DNA of 64,000 nt from an uncultured Candidatus Rokubacteria bacterium (GTDB taxonomy: Bacteria; Methylomirabilota; Methylomirabilia; Rokubacteriales; DASRDR01). Position 1 is the stretch's first letter; the number at the start of each line of letters is the position of its first letter. The position numbers and the translations under genes are program-made. Shown in pieces: positions 57,734 to 64,000 of this stretch. The notes below the pieces were generated by a model. It saw only the letters and a list, made by a program, of their open reading frames with translations, was not told where the DNA came from and ran no database searches. The stretch is taken from NCBI GenBank assembly GCA_963826115.1, contig CAWGVS010000006.1, positions 96,001 through 160,000 of the forward strand. The letters are read 5' to 3'.

Positions 57734-59140
57734 TCAGGAGGCCGAGGCGCCGCCGTCGAGGGCGTGGACGAAGCGGCTGACGATGGCGCGGCGCATGGCC
57801 GGAGCGTCCAGCGGCCCGACCCGCTCGGCCCAGGCGCTCGCGGGGATCACGGCCTTCGCGGCCGTGCGGTGGCCGCCCGCGGAGCCGAGCTCGCCGAAGG
57901 CGGCCTGGACGACATCGCCGGCGGCCCGCACGTACCCCACGTTGCGGACGGAGACGTGGACCTCGTCGCCCGTCAGCCCGGAGACGACCGACCACTCGAT
58001 GCCCTTCACCTGGAGGCAGAGGTCGGCGAACTGCGGGATCAGGTCGGGGCGGCTCACGCGACCGAGGTGCGCGAAGAGCGCGTTCTCGATGATGGTGCGG
58101 TGCACCAGGGCGTCGCCCAGCGCGTCCAGCGCGTCCAGCGGGAGCTCGGGTCGCTCGATGCGGCGCAGGATGTTGTGATTGGCGAGCCCGTAGAGGTGCG
58201 CGAAGGCCTCCATGTCCGCCCGCGTGCCGCCGCGCTCGAGGTGGAGCGTGTCGGTCTTGATGCCGTAGAAGAGCGCGGTCGCCACGCGCTCCGTGATCTT
58301 CACCTCGGCGGCGCGGAGGTACTCGGTCATGATCGTCGACGTGGCGCCGTACGTCGGGCGCACGTCCCGGAAGGGCGCGCGCCAGCCCTTCGCCTCCGGG
58401 TGGTGGTCGATGACGACCGCGACCTGGGGGAGCGCCTCCTCGCAGAATGCCGGCTGGAGGTCGACCATCGCGAGCGCGTCGTAGGCGCGCAGGCCCTGCG
58501 GGGTAACCTGGTCGACCTCGATCTCGAGCGCCTCCACCATCGCCAGGTTCTCGGGCCGCGTGATCCGGCCGAAGGACAGGAGCGGCGCCGTGGCCCGCGT
58601 GCGTCCGATCAGCGCGCGGAGTGCCAGACCGGACGCCATCGCGTCTGGATCCGGGTCGTCCTGGAGCATGATGCCAACGCGGTCCTTGCCGGCCAGGAGC
58701 CGCCGGATGTGCTCGATGCGGACCCGGAGGAGCGCGCGGTCCATCTCCGGGCGCAGGACGTCCCGCACCAGGCGCCCCAGCATCACCGTGCTCACGTTCG
58801 GGTGGTGCGGCAGGGACGGCGAGCGCGCGCCCTGGTGGACGACGAGCACCGGCACCTCGGGCGCCACCTCGAGCACCGTCTCGAGGATGCGAGCGAGGCT
58901 CGGGCCCCGTCGGGGGCGCTCCGGCGCCATCAGCATGACCAGGTCGCCGGACGAAAGATGGGCGCGCCGGTAGAGGGCCGGGTCGTCGAGCGGGCCGGCG
59001 AGCGCGCTGACGTCCTGGCGGCTCAGCCCGGTGCGCGTCTTGCCGTCGCTCACCAGGAACAGCCAGGAGTCCGAGTTACAGGGGGTTCCCTGGAAGAGAC
59101 GGAAGAGAAAATCGGTCGGACACACGACGACACGCCGCAT
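57734..59140 (-). CDS. DHH family phosphoesterase with N-terminal RCK/TrkA-like domain
   Basis: DPDPDAMAS, IDHHP, GATST, GIKTDT, VSVRN, GSAGGH. Confidence 0.88.
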   Translation of the reverse strand: MRRVVVCPTDFLFRLFQGTPCNSDSWLFLVSDGKTRTGLSRQDVSALAGPLDDPALYRRAHLSSGDLVMLMAPERPRRGPSLARILETVLEVAPEVPVLVVHQGARSPSLPHHPNVSTVMLGRLVRDVLRPEMDRALLRVRIEHIRRLLAGKDRVGIMLQDDPDPDAMASGLALRALIGRTRATAPLLSFGRITRPENLAMVEALEIEVDQVTPQGLRAYDALAMVDLQPAFCEEALPQVAVVIDHHPEAKGWRAPFRDVRPTYGATSTIMTEYLRAAEVKITERVATALFYGIKTDTLHLERGGTRADMEAFAHLYGLANHNILRRIERPELPLDALDALGDALVHRTIIENALFAHLGRVSRPDLIPQFADLCLQVKGIEWSVVSGLTGDEVHVSVRNVGYVRAAGDVVQAAFGELGSAGGHRTAAKAVIPASAWAERVGPLDAPAMRRAIVSRFVHALDGGASAS

Positions 59141-59180
59141 GGGCGGACCTTAGTCTACACCCCTCGCCCGGGCTGACCGA

Positions 59181-60383
59181 TCAGGCGCCGTACTTGGTCA
59201 GGCGCAGGGCGTGGGCCAGGATGAGCGGCATGAGGTCGTGGGCCGGCAGGGTCCCGAGGCTTCCCGCCCCGCAGGCCCGTTCGGAGAAGCGCTCCACGGC
59301 GTCGGGAAATGCGTACTGACCGGCCAGGGTCACGGGCACCGGGTGCCAGGAGTGGCCGCGGAGGACCGCCGGGCTCGCGTGGTCTCCGCTGACGACCAGG
59401 ACGTCCGGGCGGAGCGCCTCGATCGCCGGGATCGCGGCGTCGAGTCGCTCCAGCGCCGCCACCTTGCCGGCGAAGTCCCCGTCCTCGCCGGCCTTGTCCG
59501 TGTCCTTGTAGTGGAGGAACACGAAGTCGTACGCGTCCCAGTGGTCCCGGAGGGTCTGCACCTCGTCCGCGAAGGCGGCGCCCGTCTTGAGGACGTCCAT
59601 GCCGACCAGGCGCGCGAGGCCGCGGTACATCGGGTACGCGGCGATGGCGGCCGCCCGGAGGCCGTACACCTCCGGGAAGCGCGGCAGGGCCGGCCGTTGA
59701 TCGAAGCCGCGGAGGAGCAGCATGTTCGCCGGAGCCGCGTCGGCGAGCAGCGGGCGCGCCTCCTGGACGAAGCGGTTGACGGCGTCGGCAGTGGCCTGGG
59801 CTTCCGGGGCCAGCGCGTGGACGGGCAGGGGCGGCTGGCCGGTGGTCTGGGGGTCCGTCTCGGAGAGTCGGCCGGACAGCCTGGGCCCGCGGAGCACCAG
59901 GACGAACCGGTGCTCCTTGACCGGCTCGACGAGGAGCTCGACCCCCGGCACGCGGATCCGGCGGAGCCGGTCGACCAGGGCCGCGCACCGCTCGGTCGAG
60001 ATCCGGCCGGCTCGGCGGTCGGTGATGCGGCCGGCGGCATCGACGGTGCAGAAGTTCCCCCGCGCGGCCACGTCGCCGGCCCGGAGATCGAAATCGATCC
60101 CGAGGGCCTCCAGGACACCGCGCCCCACCGGATAGCGGAGCGGCTCGTAGCCGAACAGGCCGAGATGCCCGGGGCCGCTGCCCGGGGTGATGCCGGGCGC
60201 GACGTGGCGGAGGAGGCCGCACGCACCCCGTCGCGCCAGCGCGTCCAGGTGCGGGATCCGGGCGGTCTCCAGCTCGGACAGCTCCGTGGCCGGGTCGGGA
60301 AAGCCGCCCAGCCCGTCCGCCGAGAGGAGCACGATCTTGGTCGTGCCCGGCACGACCAAGCTGTGAATCAGATCCAGGTCCAT
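59181..60383 (-). CDS. apgM: Cofactor-independent phosphoglycerate mutase, archaeal type
   Basis: [52 protein letters not shown]. Confidence 0.92.
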   Translation of the reverse strand: MDLDLIHSLVVPGTTKIVLLSADGLGGFPDPATELSELETARIPHLDALARRGACGLLRHVAPGITPGSGPGHLGLFGYEPLRYPVGRGVLEALGIDFDLRAGDVAARGNFCTVDAAGRITDRRAGRISTERCAALVDRLRRIRVPGVELLVEPVKEHRFVLVLRGPRLSGRLSETDPQTTGQPPLPVHALAPEAQATADAVNRFVQEARPLLADAAPANMLLLRGFDQRPALPRFPEVYGLRAAAIAAYPMYRGLARLVGMDVLKTGAAFADEVQTLRDHWDAYDFVFLHYKDTDKAGEDGDFAGKVAALERLDAAIPAIEALRPDVLVVSGDHASPAVLRGHSWHPVPVTLAGQYAFPDAVERFSERACGAGSLGTLPAHDLMPLILAHALRLTKYGA

Positions 60384-60552
60384 CGAACGGGGCCTCCTGC
60401 GGCTGCAGAGTCTAGCACGTCGGCGGGGGGCCGGCCGAACACTCGGCGCCCCACCCCCACCCCGGCGGGTCGGGGATCGGGTAGAATCCCCCCCGGGCGG
60501 GCGGCCCGCCCAGGCGGCCCGGACCCTACCTCTCGACGACGCGAGGAGCGCG

Positions 60553-62505
60553 ATGCGGAAAGCCACGCCAGGCAGCGAGCCCATCCAGGCCCTCCTGAAG
60601 GAGGGACGGAAGTTCCCGCCGCCGAAGTCCTTCACGAAGGCGGCGCGCGTGAAGAGCGCGCGGATCTACGCCGAGGCGCGCCGGAACCCCCTGCGGTTCT
60701 GGGAGCAGCAGGCGCGGCAGCTGCGGTGGCTCAAGCCCTGGCGGAAGACCCTCGAGTGGAAGCTGCCCTACGCCAAGTGGTTCATCGGCGGGAAGCTCAA
60801 CGTCTCGGACAACTGCCTGGACCGCCACGTCGAGGGCCCGCGGCGCAACAAGGCCGCGATCATCTGGGAAGGGGAGCCGGGCGACAGCCGCGTCCTGACC
60901 TACCGGGACCTCTGGCGCGAGGTCAACCGCTTCGCCGCCGCCCTCCGACGCCACGGCGTCAAGAAGGGCGACACCGTCACGATCTACATGCCGATGATCC
61001 CGGAGCTGCCGATCGCGATGCTGGCGTGCGCGCGCATCGGGGCGCCGCACAGCGTCGTGTTCGGCGGGTTCGCGCCCGAGTCGCTCCGCGACCGGATCAA
61101 CGACTGCAAGGCGAAGGTCGTGATCACCGCCGACGGCGGCTATCGCCGGGGCGGCATGGTCCCGCTCAAGAAGAACACCGACGACGCGCTGAAGGAGTGC
61201 CCCCAGGTCCACACGGTCATCGTGTACAAGCGGACCGGCCAGGAGATCGGCTGGCAAGCCGACCGCGACATCTGGTGGGACGACTTCGTGAAGGGCGCCG
61301 ACGCCTACACGAAGCCCGAGCCGATGGACTCCGAGGACATGCTCTACCTCCTCTACACCTCCGGGTCCACCGGCAAGCCCAAGGGGATCATCCACACCAC
61401 CGGCGGCTACCTCACCGGCGTGTCGGCGACGCACCGCATGATCTTCGACCTCCGCGAGGAGGACGTGTACTGGTGCACCGCCGACATCGGGTGGGTCACG
61501 GGCCACTCGTACATCGTCTACGGGCCGCTGGCCAACGGGGCCACCTCGGTCATGTACGAGGGCACGCCGGACTGGCCGGACAAGGACCGGTTCTGGCGCA
61601 TCATCGAGAAGTACGGCGTGACCATCCTCTACACGGCGCCGACGGCCATCCGCACGTTCGTCCGCTGGGGCGACGAGTACCCGAAGCGCTGCGACCTGTC
61701 GTCGCTCCGGCTCCTCGGCACCGTGGGCGAGCCGATCAACCCCGAGGCGTGGGTCTGGTACTGGAAGGTCATCGGCGGCGGGCGCTGCCCGATCGTGGAC
61801 ACCTGGTGGCAGACCGAGACCGGGCACATCCTCATCTCGCCCTTGCCGGGGGTGACGGTCTGCAAGCCGGGGTCGGCGACGATCCCGTTCCCGGGCATCG
61901 ACGCCGAGGTCGTGAACGACAAGGGCGAGACGGCCCAGGCCGGCTACCTCGTGATCCGGCGCCCGTGGCCCGGGATGCTCCGCGGCATCTACGGCGACCC
62001 CGAGCGCTACCAGCGCCAGTACTGGAGCCAGATCCCCGGCGTGTACTTCACCGGCGACGGCTGCAAGCGGGACAAGGACGGCTACCTCTGGCTCCTCGGC
62101 CGGATCGACGACGTCATGAACGTCTCCGGGCACCGCGTTTCGACGATGGAGGTCGAGTCGGCGCTGGTCGATCACCCGGCGGTCGCCGAGGCGGCGGTCA
62201 TCGGGCGGCCCCACGAGATCAAGGGCCAGGCGATCGCGGCGTTCGTGACGATCAAGCACGGTGTCCTGATGGCGGACACCCTCAAGGACGAGATCAAGCA
62301 GCACGTCGCCAAGAAGATCGGCGCCCTGGCGCGCCCCGACGACATCATCTACGCGGCGGAGCTGCCCAAGACCCGGAGCGGCAAGATCATGCGCCGGCTC
62401 CTCCGGGACGTGGCCGAGGGCCGCGCGCTCGGCGACACCACGACGCTCGCCGACCCCGCGGTGGTCGCCACGCTCAAGCACCAGTACGAGGACCGCGAGG
62501 GCTAG
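60553..62505 (+). CDS. acs: Acetyl-CoA synthetase
   Basis: [46 protein letters not shown]. Confidence 0.97.
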   Translation: MRKATPGSEPIQALLKEGRKFPPPKSFTKAARVKSARIYAEARRNPLRFWEQQARQLRWLKPWRKTLEWKLPYAKWFIGGKLNVSDNCLDRHVEGPRRNKAAIIWEGEPGDSRVLTYRDLWREVNRFAAALRRHGVKKGDTVTIYMPMIPELPIAMLACARIGAPHSVVFGGFAPESLRDRINDCKAKVVITADGGYRRGGMVPLKKNTDDALKECPQVHTVIVYKRTGQEIGWQADRDIWWDDFVKGADAYTKPEPMDSEDMLYLLYTSGSTGKPKGIIHTTGGYLTGVSATHRMIFDLREEDVYWCTADIGWVTGHSYIVYGPLANGATSVMYEGTPDWPDKDRFWRIIEKYGVTILYTAPTAIRTFVRWGDEYPKRCDLSSLRLLGTVGEPINPEAWVWYWKVIGGGRCPIVDTWWQTETGHILISPLPGVTVCKPGSATIPFPGIDAEVVNDKGETAQAGYLVIRRPWPGMLRGIYGDPERYQRQYWSQIPGVYFTGDGCKRDKDGYLWLLGRIDDVMNVSGHRVSTMEVESALVDHPAVAEAAVIGRPHEIKGQAIAAFVTIKHGVLMADTLKDEIKQHVAKKIGALARPDDIIYAAELPKTRSGKIMRRLLRDVAEGRALGDTTTLADPAVVATLKHQYEDREG

Positions 62506-62508
62506 ACC

Positions 62509-63702
62509 CTAGCGGCGGCCGCCGGCGAGCTTCGCGCTCTCGGGCAGCCGGCGGAGCCGTGCCATCGCGAGCGTGCCCAGGAAGGGGCCGGGGGCCAGGA
62601 ACGCGAAGGCCCACGGCCACCCCCATGCGTCCGCCGCGTGTGGCACGAGCCAGGTCGAGACCAGGGTGAGCAGGAACCCGAGGCTCGTCTGGAGGGACAG
62701 CGCGGTCCCCACGTAGGCCGCCGGCGCGAGCTCGGTGATCGACGCCGAGAACTGGGCCGAGTCGGCGACGACGGTGAAGCCCCAGAGGAGCGCCACCCCG
62801 ACCAGCCACGCGGGGCGGTCGAACGCGAACCCGATCACGGCTGCGCACGTCCCGCTCCCCACCATCGCCAGCATCGTCACGGCGGTGCGGCCGACGCGGT
62901 CGGCGAGGCGGCCCGCCAGCGCGCAGCTCGCCGCGCCCGCGCCGATCACGACGGCGGTGGCGAGGGCGCCGAGTCGCGGCGCGGCCGGCAGCCCGGCCCG
63001 CGTGAACGCCGTCAGGAGGTAGAGGCCGATCCAGGTCCACATGGCGTAGAGCTCCCACATGTGGCCGAAATACCCGAGGCTCGCCAGCACGACGCCGCGG
63101 GAGCGCATGAGCTCCCGCACGCAGCCGGGGTTGAAGGGCGCCCGGGCCTGGACGTGGGGGCCGTCCTTCACGAGCGCCGCCATGACGACGGCCGCGCCGA
63201 GCGCGCCGAGCGACGTCCCGAGAATGACCGGTTGCCAGGCGAGCCCGCCCGCGACGTTGATCAGGTGCGGGACGGCGCCGCCGAGGGTGAGCGCGCCCAC
63301 GAGGCTGCCGACGGCGAAGCCGCGGTCCGCCACGAACCAGCTCGCGGCGAGCTTCATCGCCGGCGGGTACGTGCCCGCCATCGCGAGCCCCGTGAGGAAC
63401 CGGCAGGTCAGGACGAGGGGCAGGGAGTCGATCACGCCCAGCAGCGCCGCGTTGGCCAGCGCGCCGCCGATCGCTGACAGCACGAAGAGCCGCCGGGCGC
63501 CGACGAAGTCGGAGAGGGTGAGGACGGCGCTGAGGATGGTGCCCGCGACGAACCCGAGCGTCACCGCCATCGAGAGCCAGGCCTGCGCGCCGGTCGACAT
63601 CCAGGCGGTACGGAGGGTGGGGACGACGGCAGTGGCGGAGAACCACAGGGAGAGCGCGCCGAGCTCCGCGAGGCAGATCCAGGCGAGCATCCGCCACCGC
63701 AT
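62509..63702 (-). CDS. MFS transporter
   Basis: LSLWFSATAV, YPPAMK, GYFGHMWELYAMW, VADSAQFS. Confidence 0.88.
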   Translation of the reverse strand: MRWRMLAWICLAELGALSLWFSATAVVPTLRTAWMSTGAQAWLSMAVTLGFVAGTILSAVLTLSDFVGARRLFVLSAIGGALANAALLGVIDSLPLVLTCRFLTGLAMAGTYPPAMKLAASWFVADRGFAVGSLVGALTLGGAVPHLINVAGGLAWQPVILGTSLGALGAAVVMAALVKDGPHVQARAPFNPGCVRELMRSRGVVLASLGYFGHMWELYAMWTWIGLYLLTAFTRAGLPAAPRLGALATAVVIGAGAASCALAGRLADRVGRTAVTMLAMVGSGTCAAVIGFAFDRPAWLVGVALLWGFTVVADSAQFSASITELAPAAYVGTALSLQTSLGFLLTLVSTWLVPHAADAWGWPWAFAFLAPGPFLGTLAMARLRRLPESAKLAGGRR

Positions 63703-63824
63703 GGGCGGACTCTAGGGAGGTGGTCGACCGCCTGTCAAGGCGCCGCACGGGCGCGGCTCGGGCGGAACGGATAGAATCGGAGGGCGGCAGGCCGCCCCGA
63801 GAACCGCGGACCGGAGAGGTGACG

Positions 63825-64000
63825 ATGGGCACGATCCCCTCGAGCTTCCTTCCCCCTCGCGCGCTCTGGCCCGAGCGGGTCTACACGCTGCCCGAGCACG
63901 CGACCTACCCGGCCCGCCTGAACTCGACGGAGGAGCTGATCGACCGCCACGTCGAGGCCGGCCACGGCGACCGCGTGGCGGTCCTCTACGAGGACCAGCG
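63825..64000 (+). CDS. Aromatic acid-CoA ligase (benzoate/2-aminobenzoate-CoA ligase-like), 5' fragment
   Basis: MGTIPSSFLPPRALWPERVYTLPEHATYPARLNSTEELIDRHVEAGHGDRVAVLYEDQ; GAGG RBS; truncated by the window edge. Confidence 0.65.
   Translation, partial: MGTIPSSFLPPRALWPERVYTLPEHATYPARLNSTEELIDRHVEAGHGDRVAVLYEDQ

Overview
A very GC-rich, gene-dense bacterial chromosomal segment. It encodes a diderm envelope (Tol-Pal, Lgt, OmpA-like protein). Gene content and style resemble Rokubacteria/Methylomirabilota, which is an inference only. Most of the window is housekeeping or metabolic: tolQRAB-pal, lgt, thyX, uvrA, tRNA-Met, folE with two PTPS genes, moaDE, tilS, mgtE, apgM, acs and several transporters. 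The standout is a self-contained minus-strand RiPP operon (14323-19807) with full lasso-peptide-type machinery: a PqqD/RRE protein, a B2 transglutaminase-like leader peptidase, an asparagine-synthetase-like cyclase and an HPr-kinase-like kinase. Its three tandem precursors are not short peptides. Each is a lasso leader (YxxPxLxxxG...T-x) plus a variable 6-7 aa Gly-initiated core, fused directly to a peptidase-S74/intramolecular-chaperone (phage tail-fibre/MYRF-type) auto-cleaving domain. The Asp of the domain's S-D motif falls at lasso ring position 8 or 9. Other oddities are two peptidoglycan-binding envelope proteins with long Gly/Ala(/Pro) linkers, a 63% Asp/Glu microprotein, a possible pterin-glycoside operon, frequent apparently leaderless genes, and two +1 frameshifts in the same TG[C]AG context. 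No CRISPR array, integrase, transposase or prophage was seen. All family assignments come from motif recognition by eye; no database searches were run.
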